20,000 bases of DNA from an uncultured virus (IMG/VR IMGVR_UViG_3300031419_000541) (lineage: Duplodnaviria; Heunggongvirae; Uroviricota; Caudoviricetes), in the IMG/VR virus record IMGVR_UViG_3300031419_000541; one strand, 5' to 3'. Numbering within the stretch: position 1 is the first letter of the stretch; each line of letters starts with the position of its first letter. Below are positions 1 to 8,057 of the stretch, in pieces. The notes beneath the pieces were generated by a model. The model had not been told where the DNA came from. It searched no databases and saw only the letters and a program-made list of their open reading frames with translations. Both the position numbers and the translations under genes were made by a program.

Positions 1-891
1 AATATTTTTAAGTTTAGCAAGGGTAGTTGCACTGCATTCATTAAAAATAGGAATGTAATCTTTTTTATATCCCTGAAAATCCTGCAATATACTCAATATT
101 TGCCAGTCAGAAGGATTATTCTGCTTCATATATGTGTTAAATGCTTCAATGACGTACTGATTATAATGACTACTTCTGTGATGAATAAATGTTTCAAGTA
201 AAGTTAGTCTACCATTAGAAATTTTAAATTCCGGTATATTACAAAAATATAATTCGCTTAATGCGTTGTAATATGAAGATGGTGCTTTCTCTATATCAAC
301 AAAATATTGATTAATGAGTTCAAAAAAAGCATCACGAACAGGATTGATATCATAAGCCTGATCCATTGAAATTGAAGTATGATAACTTGACATTTTTCCA
401 AGATTAAAATGTGTCAGCTTAGCGAATTGTTTAAAATCGTTAAGGTTATTTTCATTTAAAGCATTAATAATACCCAAAACAATAAAATCACAAGGATATT
501 GAAGCAAAAAAGAGTTTTGACATTTATTAAAATTAAAGAGATCCATAAGATAAGGTTTTTTACTATTAATTTCATTAAACGTTTTTATCTTTTCAGCAAC
601 ATGAGAGATATCAAAACTACTAAATTCATTATAATTATTAACCAAAAAAGAAAATGGATGATATTCATCAGGTAATCCATTTGAAAAAGTGTGTTCATAT
701 TTGTTCATATGATCGATAATTTGATACTTGATATTGATATCAACATTATGATCACTATATAAAAAAATGAAGAAATTATGATAATGAATATTTCGCATGA
801 ATAAATCCAGATAATACTCAGGATGGTTATAAAAATTTTCAGGCTGATATAATTCTTTAATTGTATCAATATCTATTGAAATGGGATCCAT
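1..891 (-). CDS. Hypothetical protein, 3'-truncated by the window edge (>=297 aa; MDPISIDIDTIKELYQPENFYNHPEYYLDLF...); probable paralog of 12985-14115
   Basis: Not in the ORF track because it has no stop inside the window. Manual translation of the minus strand from ATG at 891 is open down to base 1. An AGGA Shine-Dalgarno overlaps the TAG stop of the upstream gene (TAG-GAAAAATT-ATG). Confidence 0.85.
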   Translation of the reverse strand, partial: MDPISIDIDTIKELYQPENFYNHPEYYLDLFMRNIHYHNFFIFLYSDHNVDINIKYQIIDHMNKYEHTFSNGLPDEYHPFSFLVNNYNEFSSFDISHVAEKIKTFNEINSKKPYLMDLFNFNKCQNSFLLQYPCDFIVLGIINALNENNLNDFKQFAKLTHFNLGKMSSYHTSISMDQAYDINPVRDAFFELINQYFVDIEKAPSSYYNALSELYFCNIPEFKISNGRLTLLETFIHHRSSHYNQYVIEAFNTYMKQNNPSDWQILSILQDFQGYKKDYIPIFNECSATTLAKLKNI

Positions 892-899
892 AATTTTTC

Positions 900-2663
900 C
901 TATAATCGATTAATGTTTTTTGATGGAATAATGCTTTTTTGAGTCGCTGCACTCAGAATAAATTTTTGATAAGAACTGAGTGTTGCAGGTTGAATGTAAT
1001 CCAGACCTTCTGTGATTTCTTTGTTATATACTTCCTGAATAGCAGTTAAATAAATATTATCAGGTATGGAAACTGAAAAATGTTCATTAAGAGATTTATT
1101 AAAAGTTAGAATAAAATCTGCATATCCCTGATAATACATTTCGTGCAGATCTATTTCACCAGAATCAAGATAAGTATTCTTAATAAAAGCGGGTTCATAC
1201 AAGACCTTATTCAACTCTTCAATGATATCATGAGTATTATTATTTTTAATGGCCTTAATCAGTAAGTTTTTATCCTGCAACAGAGCAATGGCTTTTTTAT
1301 CAATTTTGGCCATATTAAAGAATAATAAAGAAAGTATTTCAGAAGGAAATTCACAAATGTTGTTTAATTTTTCATAGGGTAAAAAATAATCGTTTAAATT
1401 ATCAGACTCATAAAATTCATTAGATGTAAAAAGTGGTTTAATAAAATCAGGAATATATTTAGAGTTCATGACTATATCCGTGGTAATATATTTATGGATA
1501 AAGTTTTCCTCTGGATAATAATTGTTATGCGAAAGAATATTTGCATATTTGAAATCCATAGCAAGCATTAAAGAAATTAATTGATAATTCTCATGAACAT
1601 TAGAATAACGCTGAATTAAATTGAAATCATTTGATTGAGAAATTTTAATTTTATTGTCTGTATTAAATAAAGATAATAATGTATGCATAACTGAAAGCTG
1701 TATTTGCAGATGTTCTTCATCATAGGTTTTTCTGAAAAAACTATTTTTATCTGTAAAAATATCTGTTGTTTTATAAATATCATAATTGATAACTTGTTTT
1801 GCTATATCCAGTTTAATAAATTGTAAGAAAGTATCTGCATTTAAATTGAGCGATGTATTCAAAAAAGCTGCCAAAGGAAATTTTGAAAGGGTTTCTTTAT
1901 TTTTCAGAAAAGGCTTAATAAGGGTCTGCATGGTATTCAGAGAGTAGGGTGTAATATTTAATTTTTTCAGACCTTCTGATAAATGTTCCAAAATGTCAGA
2001 TGATTGGCTATTTTTTAAAAGTTTAGAATAAAATTTATATCCTGAGAGCTTGTTGTTATTAAAAAAATCAGCAGGGAAAGGCACATTAAATTCAATGTCA
2101 ACCGGCCGTGATTCCGAAAAATTAATGCGTTTACTGATTGAATTAAGAACAGTGCCGTACTCTTTTTCTGTTTTTTTAGAATCAAACAAATTACATCCAT
2201 TGACAAAACTAGTCATAAGTTGTTCAGGCGTTTCCGATTTAAAAAGCAAGCCTTGTTTGTTGATAAAATTAAGCATTGTAATATTGGCATACAGAATGCA
2301 TGTACTTAAAAAAGTAGATTTTTTTGTAGTAAGCAAATCAACATTATTTTGCAAAGAAAATCCAGGATTTTTATCTATGATTTTATTGAGTACAAAATTA
2401 ATTTGATCTTCAGTGATAGATGGATTTTTAGCCATTGCAGACAAAATCATTTTTTCATGTTTTTCTGAAAAAAGTGGATGATCAATTAAAAAAGAAATGT
2501 TTTCGCTAAAAAAAAGTTCAAAGCTTTTTTTGAGAAATCTGGAATATGCGACTGGTTGTTTTTCTAAGAATAGAGAAACGGATTTTTTACCATTGACATT
2601 AAAAGGCTTTTTGAAAATATTTTTTAGTTTTTCGGATTCTTGATCTTCTTGTGATAACGACAT
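900..2663 (-). CDS. Large hypothetical protein (~587 aa) with C-terminal R-L signature (...QKFILSAATQKSIIPSKNINRL)
   Basis: Long ORF. Start moved from 2726 to ATG 2663 (MSLSQED) because of a strong SD (ACAGGAGAG) and an extended -10 TGGTATAAT lying inside the ORF-track N-terminal extension. Confidence 0.85.
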   Translation of the reverse strand: MSLSQEDQESEKLKNIFKKPFNVNGKKSVSLFLEKQPVAYSRFLKKSFELFFSENISFLIDHPLFSEKHEKMILSAMAKNPSITEDQINFVLNKIIDKNPGFSLQNNVDLLTTKKSTFLSTCILYANITMLNFINKQGLLFKSETPEQLMTSFVNGCNLFDSKKTEKEYGTVLNSISKRINFSESRPVDIEFNVPFPADFFNNNKLSGYKFYSKLLKNSQSSDILEHLSEGLKKLNITPYSLNTMQTLIKPFLKNKETLSKFPLAAFLNTSLNLNADTFLQFIKLDIAKQVINYDIYKTTDIFTDKNSFFRKTYDEEHLQIQLSVMHTLLSLFNTDNKIKISQSNDFNLIQRYSNVHENYQLISLMLAMDFKYANILSHNNYYPEENFIHKYITTDIVMNSKYIPDFIKPLFTSNEFYESDNLNDYFLPYEKLNNICEFPSEILSLLFFNMAKIDKKAIALLQDKNLLIKAIKNNNTHDIIEELNKVLYEPAFIKNTYLDSGEIDLHEMYYQGYADFILTFNKSLNEHFSVSIPDNIYLTAIQEVYNKEITEGLDYIQPATLSSYQKFILSAATQKSIIPSKNINRL

Positions 2664-2685
2664 GTTTCTCTCCTGTATTTTAATG

Positions 2686-2694
2686 ATTATACCA
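2686..2694 (-). promoter_or_regulatory. Extended -10 promoter element (TGGTATAAT) for the 900-2663 gene
   Basis: Exact TGnTATAAT match about 20 nt upstream of the ATG. Confidence 0.55.
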
Positions 2695-2735
2695 TATTCG
2701 AGCATAAAGAGAATAAAAAGGGCCACAAAAAATAT

Positions 2736-2763
2736 TTGACTTTTAATTTTTAATACGTATTAT
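2736..2763 (+). promoter_or_regulatory. sigma70-like promoter TTGACT-N16-TATTAT driving the structured leader and the 3003 gene
   Basis: Near-consensus -35/-10. The same TTGACT hexamer recurs at 5128 and 7020 upstream of genes of the same module. Confidence 0.55.
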
Positions 2764-2795
2764 GAAATATTCAATTGGAGCTTCTCCTGTCGAAT

Positions 2796-2883
2796 ATAAA
2801 CATTTTATGGCGTTAATGAAGTTACTTCTATATGTATGTTAAAATATGAAGACCCACTTTATTGCTTTCCATGAAATGTTTAT
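2796..2883 (+). ncRNA. Putative structured RNA element, copy 1 (nested three-stem hairpin)
   Basis: Outer 15-bp stem ATAAACATTTTATGG/CCATGAAATGTTTAT (1 G-U), middle stem AATGAAGT/ACTTTATT, inner CTTC/GAAG. Shares AAGTTACTTCT, GTATG and CACTTT-TTGCTTTCCA with copy 2. Confidence 0.6.
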
Positions 2884-2899
2884 CCCTTAAAATTATCTA

Positions 2900-2973
2900 A
2901 ATAACCTGGTTTACATAAAGTTACTTCTGAAAGTATGAATATTAAGAAACACTTTGTTGCTTTCCAGGCTGTT
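2900..2973 (+). ncRNA. Putative structured RNA element, copy 2
   Basis: Outer stem AATAACCTGG/CCAGGCTGTT (1 G-U, 1 mismatch), middle stem ATAAAGT/ACTTTGT, inner TTCT/AGAA. Same conserved motifs as copy 1 but different stem sequences. Confidence 0.6.
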
Positions 2974-3002
2974 TTTGTGCAAATTTAACGAGAGGTGAAG
3001 GA

Positions 3003-5069
3003 ATGAAAGACGCAATTTTAATTGAGAATAGCTTTATCCGTGTAAATGTATCAGAAAACAATGCTCCTGCAGCTTCTATTGAAGATCTGGGAACAGTGCT
3101 TTCGAATCTGGCATGGCTTGGCTATATTCCTTCATCTGATCTGATGTCTGTTTTATCTGCTTTATCTTCTTCTGAGCTTAATTTATTCTGGTTGCATGCT
3201 AAAAATGTATTTGCTAACCATTTTGAAGAAGGAATGGATGCTCATAACGGTGTTGTATACAAAAATTTTCCATCAGAGGTGATTAACAAAAGTCATGCAG
3301 AATACTGGATTGCTCAGATTTTTATTTATTTGGGTATTCCTTCTGACGTTTTTGCAGAACCTGTAAAAGAACGTGAGGTATTGAACGTTGATTTAAATAC
3401 GCTTAAAGTTCTGAAAAGAGCTAAAGAATCAACGCTTATGGATATTTTCACATATTATCATTCTCGTAAAGTGTCGTTAACGCCTGCCCAGTTAGAAACG
3501 CTGCCTTATTTGATTAAAGAACTGGCTTTATCCCACATAAGTGTCAGTGATTTTGATTTTAAAATGAATGGTGTGCATGGTGCAATAGCCGCATATAAAG
3601 CAAATATTTCAGTACGCGCTGAAACAGCAACAGATATCCTGCGTATTGCAATTGTGCTTTCGGGCAATAAAAGCAATATCAACCAAAAGATTACAAAATT
3701 CAAATTTAAACGTGCAGAACGAAAATTCTTGCTTACCATGCTTTGTGAGTTATTCAATTATGAAGAAGATATTGCAGCACGCAGAGAAACCTTTAAGGCA
3801 TTATTTCGTGCATTAAAACCAGGTGATTATGCATGGGCGAAATCTGTATCAGTAATTTATGATACACTTTATCAGAATAAGCTACGCTCTTTTAATGGTC
3901 AGGTGGACCTTGCAAAAACCCAAAATAATGTATTTGACTTATTAAAAAAACGTCCTGGTGTTTTCATGCGCCGTTTTCATGAGTTTTATGGTGTAAATAA
4001 AACAGAAGCAGTAAAAAATCTGGTAATTATTTTACCTCAACTGACGGTTTTCCAGTTATTAAAAATAAAAAAATATGTTGAAAACATCAATAATAATGAC
4101 TTTATTGTTGCAAAAGCAAAATCATCCTGGAACCATGCGAAAATTCTGGATAATACAAAAGTTAAATTTGATTCGGAGCATATCAAAACAATAGTTAATG
4201 CTATTAATTCTGTGTTGAAAGAAAAACTTGAATTATATCTGCCAGAAGGAGTTATTGCAGGACAAGGTCTTAATGATTTAAAATTACCGTCCAACGATCA
4301 GGAGCTTTCTATTGGGCGTGGAACTGTTGTCGAACTTCCTGAGCAAATTAAAGTTTTACGTTCTGCAACATACTGGACTGATAAAAACAGGGAACATGTT
4401 GGCAACTTCTATTTTGATAACAGCTGGAATCTCGTCCATGAGGAAGGTATAGATAAAGATCTTGTTGTATGCTGGGATCACAATGACGACAATAAATCAG
4501 TAGGGCTTTTCTCCGGCGATCCTTCTATTGTTAATAATGAAAACTCGGTTGCCACTCAGTTTATCGACATTAATCTTGACGAAGCAGAGAAGCAGGGATT
4601 CAAATATGCATTATGGAATGTATTGAGCTTTAATGATATTAAATTTAATGATGCCGAAAAAGCATTTGGTTGTCTTCAATTTCTTGAAAATCCAGAAAAA
4701 GGAAGCTTATTTGAACCATCGAAAGCAGATATTAATCTGAGCCTTAAAACTAATGGTACAAATAAATGTCTGGTTCTTATTGATATAAAGGAAAGAAAAA
4801 TTATTTATCTGGATATGGCATTTCCTAAAATGTCGGTGCAAAGTGCTGCGAACAATATCAAGCGTATACGAGATTTTATACCTGCATTGTTTGAACAGCT
4901 TTCTTTGATTCCAAGCATTTTTGATTTACTAGAAAATGCACCAAAAGGTACTTTGCCATTTGTTGTCAGTGATAAAGAAACAGCAATAAAAGGCAAAGCT
5001 TATGTATTCAAACAACAAAATCCAGAAAATGAGGTTGAGAATCTCGATTTGCAGGTATTTTTAAATTAA
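3003..5069 (+). CDS. Large (688 aa) protein: helical N-terminal/middle region plus C-terminal TerD-like domain
   Basis: SD GAGGTG. Motifs LLKKRPGVFMRRF, FSGDP...ATQFIDINL, YALWNVLSFNDIKF and LVLIDIKERKIIYLD recall the large TerD-domain stress proteins (recognised from memory, not searched). Confidence 0.65.
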   Translation: MKDAILIENSFIRVNVSENNAPAASIEDLGTVLSNLAWLGYIPSSDLMSVLSALSSSELNLFWLHAKNVFANHFEEGMDAHNGVVYKNFPSEVINKSHAEYWIAQIFIYLGIPSDVFAEPVKEREVLNVDLNTLKVLKRAKESTLMDIFTYYHSRKVSLTPAQLETLPYLIKELALSHISVSDFDFKMNGVHGAIAAYKANISVRAETATDILRIAIVLSGNKSNINQKITKFKFKRAERKFLLTMLCELFNYEEDIAARRETFKALFRALKPGDYAWAKSVSVIYDTLYQNKLRSFNGQVDLAKTQNNVFDLLKKRPGVFMRRFHEFYGVNKTEAVKNLVIILPQLTVFQLLKIKKYVENINNNDFIVAKAKSSWNHAKILDNTKVKFDSEHIKTIVNAINSVLKEKLELYLPEGVIAGQGLNDLKLPSNDQELSIGRGTVVELPEQIKVLRSATYWTDKNREHVGNFYFDNSWNLVHEEGIDKDLVVCWDHNDDNKSVGLFSGDPSIVNNENSVATQFIDINLDEAEKQGFKYALWNVLSFNDIKFNDAEKAFGCLQFLENPEKGSLFEPSKADINLSLKTNGTNKCLVLIDIKERKIIYLDMAFPKMSVQSAANNIKRIRDFIPALFEQLSLIPSIFDLLENAPKGTLPFVVSDKETAIKGKAYVFKQQNPENEVENLDLQVFLN

Positions 5070-5083
5070 TCGAGACATTTTTT

Positions 5084-5108
5084 AAAGAGAGCTACGGCTC
5101 TCTTTTTT
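5084..5108 (+). terminator. Rho-independent terminator
   Basis: AAAGAGAGC-TACG-GCTCTCTTT followed by more T's; c(UACG)g UNCG tetraloop; 14 nt after the stop. Confidence 0.85.
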
Positions 5109-5127
5109 GTTTTATATAATAAACAAA

Positions 5128-5156
5128 TTGACTTATTGTATTTAATGCAATAAGAT
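5128..5156 (+). promoter_or_regulatory. sigma70-like promoter TTGACT-N17-TAAGAT
   Basis: Canonical spacing; directly upstream of SD GAGGA and ATG 5184. Confidence 0.65.
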
Positions 5157-5183
5157 ATCACTAAACTGCAGAGGATAAATATT

Positions 5184-6227
5184 ATGAATATCGAAAATTT
5201 ATCGGAAGATATGATTTTAAAAACCCCGCTCACTCAGCCTGAAAAAATTTTTACAGGTTCAGATGCTGAATTAAAGAAAATTTATAAGAAACTATCTTTA
5301 CTCTGGCATCCAGATAAGCAGGTTGATGGTAAAAATACTAATGCGATTTTTACACATATACATGATCTTTATCAGTCAGCATTGACTAAATCCAAAAAAG
5401 GAACACTTGGAACAAACCTTAATGCGTTAGATATTACTTCTGTAGATGGAAAGAATTTTATTTTTCGTTATCAAAAATCCAAAAGCTTTGAACTGGGTGA
5501 ATATTATATCGCAAAAGAATTTGTGGTATGGGCATTTAAAAATGATTTTATTAATGAGGTAAAAGATAGCCTCAAAAATCTATCAAGTATTGTTTATCAA
5601 AGCGATAAAATGAAAAGTGCTTTCGAAAAATCATTGCCTGTTATCTACAAGCAGATAGAAACGGCTGATCGTTTTCTTGTAGTGATTAAAAAACCAAAAG
5701 AATTTTTGAATTTAGCAGATGTGTTGGCTCATTACAAAAAAATGCCTGCAAAGCATGTTGCATGGATATTAAGTCGTTTGTATAACATGGCTTGTTTTTT
5801 GAATTATAATCAGATTATGCATGGTGGAATTAACCTGGATAACTGCTTTATTAATCCTGAAACACATGAAATTTTGCTGGCTGGCGGGTGGTGGTATTCA
5901 AAGAAAGATGGCGAAAAACTGTCTATGTTATCAAGAGAAGCTTATGATATTGCACCGGTCAGTATGCTTAATTCAAAAAAAGCAGAAATGCTTCTTGATC
6001 TGCATTTAATAAAAAAATTAGGCAGAACATTGTTGGGAGATGTTATCGGTGACAACCTTCTTTCTGATAAAGAAATTCCTGTAAAAATGACAGAATGGTT
6101 AAGAGACGGCAATCAGGATAATGCCGTAAAACAATATACCGAGTGGTATGATCGTGTACTGACAGAAAGTTTTGGTGAAAGAAAATTTGTTGAAATGAAA
6201 ATCAAAAGTCAGGACTTATATCAATAA
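5184..6227 (+). CDS. N-terminal J-domain (DnaJ-like, HPD) fused to a degenerate protein-kinase-like domain
   Basis: ELKKIYKKLSLLWHPDKQ is J-domain helix II plus HPD. HVAWILSRLYNMACFLNYNQIMHGGINLDNCFI matches the kinase alphaE/catalytic loop, with the catalytic Asp replaced; LLAGGWW sits in place of DFG. Confidence 0.75.
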   Translation: MNIENLSEDMILKTPLTQPEKIFTGSDAELKKIYKKLSLLWHPDKQVDGKNTNAIFTHIHDLYQSALTKSKKGTLGTNLNALDITSVDGKNFIFRYQKSKSFELGEYYIAKEFVVWAFKNDFINEVKDSLKNLSSIVYQSDKMKSAFEKSLPVIYKQIETADRFLVVIKKPKEFLNLADVLAHYKKMPAKHVAWILSRLYNMACFLNYNQIMHGGINLDNCFINPETHEILLAGGWWYSKKDGEKLSMLSREAYDIAPVSMLNSKKAEMLLDLHLIKKLGRTLLGDVIGDNLLSDKEIPVKMTEWLRDGNQDNAVKQYTEWYDRVLTESFGERKFVEMKIKSQDLYQ

Positions 6228-6295
6228 TTTTTGGTTTACCATTGTTAGCAATAAATTGTGTGTTATTATATAGGTATATCAAGGGGAAAATATTT

Positions 6296-6928
6296 ATGAA
6301 TAACACACTATTAAAATCAATAATCGAATCTGTTAAGCTTGAAGGTAATAATGTTACTGATACAACTCATAAACCAATGGCTGACATCAGAACTGAAATG
6401 CAAAAATCATTAATGAAACAATTCAATGAAAATTTTAATGAAGCTGAACTTGTAGAAGCTTATAAAGCAACAATGTTTGAAAGTGCTCATGCTGTGATAC
6501 CGTTAGTTCTGCATGCAATTCAGGCGGTTCACCAAAAAAAATTCATGGGTTCTGACAAAACGATGAATGAAAAAGAGGCTTACCACTTCAACGCAATAAT
6601 AGCTGATAGTATCATTAATGGTGGTGCAGTCTCAAAAGAGGAAGCGTCAAAAAGAGCAGATTTAGCTTTCTATAATACTGCAACATATAACCATCAGGCA
6701 AAAGAAATGTTTATCTCTGCGGTTATTGTAGCAAACAAAGGTGATATCAGTCTATATCCAGGCAATAAACGTGACTTACCTCTTTATGATAAACTGACCA
6801 GTTATGCAGATAGGCTGTCTAAAAAATCAGAATTTAACGCTCCTTCATTAGATAGTGTAACTGAAAAATTATCTGCTCAACAATCGAATATAGTCCAGCC
6901 AGTAAAAACGCCAAAAGTCAGTATGTAA
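6296..6928 (+). CDS. Hypothetical helical protein (~210 aa), ends ...QPVKTPKVSM
   Basis: ORF. Start moved to ATG 6296 (MNNTLL) after SD AAGGGG; upstream TGTTATTAT extended -10-like element; own terminator downstream. Confidence 0.8.
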   Translation: MNNTLLKSIIESVKLEGNNVTDTTHKPMADIRTEMQKSLMKQFNENFNEAELVEAYKATMFESAHAVIPLVLHAIQAVHQKKFMGSDKTMNEKEAYHFNAIIADSIINGGAVSKEEASKRADLAFYNTATYNHQAKEMFISAVIVANKGDISLYPGNKRDLPLYDKLTSYADRLSKKSEFNAPSLDSVTEKLSAQQSNIVQPVKTPKVSM

Positions 6929-6958
6929 TAATGTGATGTAAAAATAGATCAACCAGAG

Positions 6959-6985
6959 AAGACAGAATTTCGATTCTGTCTTTTT
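6959..6985 (+). terminator. Rho-independent terminator
   Basis: AAGACAGAAT-TTCG-ATTCTGTCTT plus T tract. Confidence 0.85.
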
Positions 6986-7019
6986 GTTTAGTGAAATAAA
7001 CAAAAATGTGTTTTCTTAT

Positions 7020-7048
7020 TTGACTTTTTACAATAAGTAGAGTATTGT
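7020..7048 (+). promoter_or_regulatory. sigma70-like promoter TTGACT-N17-TATTGT
   Basis: Near-consensus with canonical spacing, upstream of the vWA gene. Confidence 0.55.
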
Positions 7049-7093
7049 TAGTGTATAAAGTAAACTAACTAATAATTATTGAGGAAAACAACT

Positions 7094-8008
7094 ATGGGCG
7101 GATATAACTGGAATCCACAAGACTGGGCATCTCATAAAAAAACAGCCTCCACGAAAAGCCAGACGCAGACCTTTACACAAAGAGGAATTCATCCTGATTT
7201 GGATCCTAAAAAAATTGTTATGCGTGAATCATGTGATTCAGATGTCAATCCTTTCTCTACACCGATTGTGATTGGACTGGATGTGACGGGGTCAATGGGT
7301 ATACATGCTGACAATATGCAAAAACAAGGTCTGGGTGTGCTTGTTGAAGGTATCCTTGAACGTAAACCGGTAACTGATCCACATATTATGTTTTTAGGCA
7401 TAGGTGACGTTCATTCAGACCAAGCTCCAATTCAGGCTACGCAATTTGAAGCAGATATTCGTATTGTTAATGAGTTGCAAAAAATTTATCTTGAAGGAAA
7501 TGGTGGTGGCAACGGCTCTGAATCTTATGAGCTGGCATGGTATTTTTCAGCATTGCATACCAAAATTGACAGCCTGTCTAATCGTAATAAAAAAGGCTAT
7601 CTGTTCACGATTGGTGACGAAAGTCCTGCAAAAATCATTGAACAGCAGTATATTAAAAAATTCTTTGGCAAAGAAGAAGCCTCCACTTACTCTTCAAAAG
7701 AACTTTTGGATATGGTCTCTCAAAAATACCATGTTTATCATGTTGTTGTTGAAGAAGGTTCTCATGCCCGTTCTAATCTGGATAAAGTTCTAAAAGACTG
7801 GCGTGAATTGTTGGGTGAACGTACTCTGCGACTGAGTAAAGGAAGCAGTCTTTCAGAAGTCATTATCAGCGCTATTGAAATTAATGAAGGTGCTGATGTT
7901 GAAAAAGTAATTAACTCATGGAGTGGAGAAACGGCATTGGTTGTGCGCCATGCGGTTAATCAGCTTGCAAACAAAACAAATACCGGAGCGGGTGTAGTTA
8001 AGTTCTGA
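7094..8008 (+). CDS. von Willebrand factor A (vWA/MIDAS) domain protein
   Basis: SD GAGG at 7081 with ATG 7094 (MGGYNW). IVIGLDVTGSM is the MIDAS DxTxS; also GIGD, EGNGGGNGSESY and GYLFTIGDE (distal MIDAS Asp). Confidence 0.85.
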   Translation: MGGYNWNPQDWASHKKTASTKSQTQTFTQRGIHPDLDPKKIVMRESCDSDVNPFSTPIVIGLDVTGSMGIHADNMQKQGLGVLVEGILERKPVTDPHIMFLGIGDVHSDQAPIQATQFEADIRIVNELQKIYLEGNGGGNGSESYELAWYFSALHTKIDSLSNRNKKGYLFTIGDESPAKIIEQQYIKKFFGKEEASTYSSKELLDMVSQKYHVYHVVVEEGSHARSNLDKVLKDWRELLGERTLRLSKGSSLSEVIISAIEINEGADVEKVINSWSGETALVVRHAVNQLANKTNTGAGVVKF

Positions 8009-8013
8009 TAAAT

Positions 8014-8039
8014 AATAAGGAGACTTCGGTCTCCTTATT
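8014..8039 (+). other. Strong intergenic c(UUCG)g hairpin between the vWA and purA-like genes (weak terminator or RNA stabiliser)
   Basis: AATAAGGAGAC-TTCG-GTCTCCTTATT, an 11-bp perfect stem with no long U tract. Confidence 0.65.
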
Positions 8040-8057
8040 CTATAGGGAGTATCAATT

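Noticed and set aside
2796..2973. CRISPR array or tRNA interpretation of the leader repeats
   Set aside because: Only two imperfect units, with no identical repeats separated by spacers and no cas genes; no cloverleaf or T-loop GTTCGA motif.
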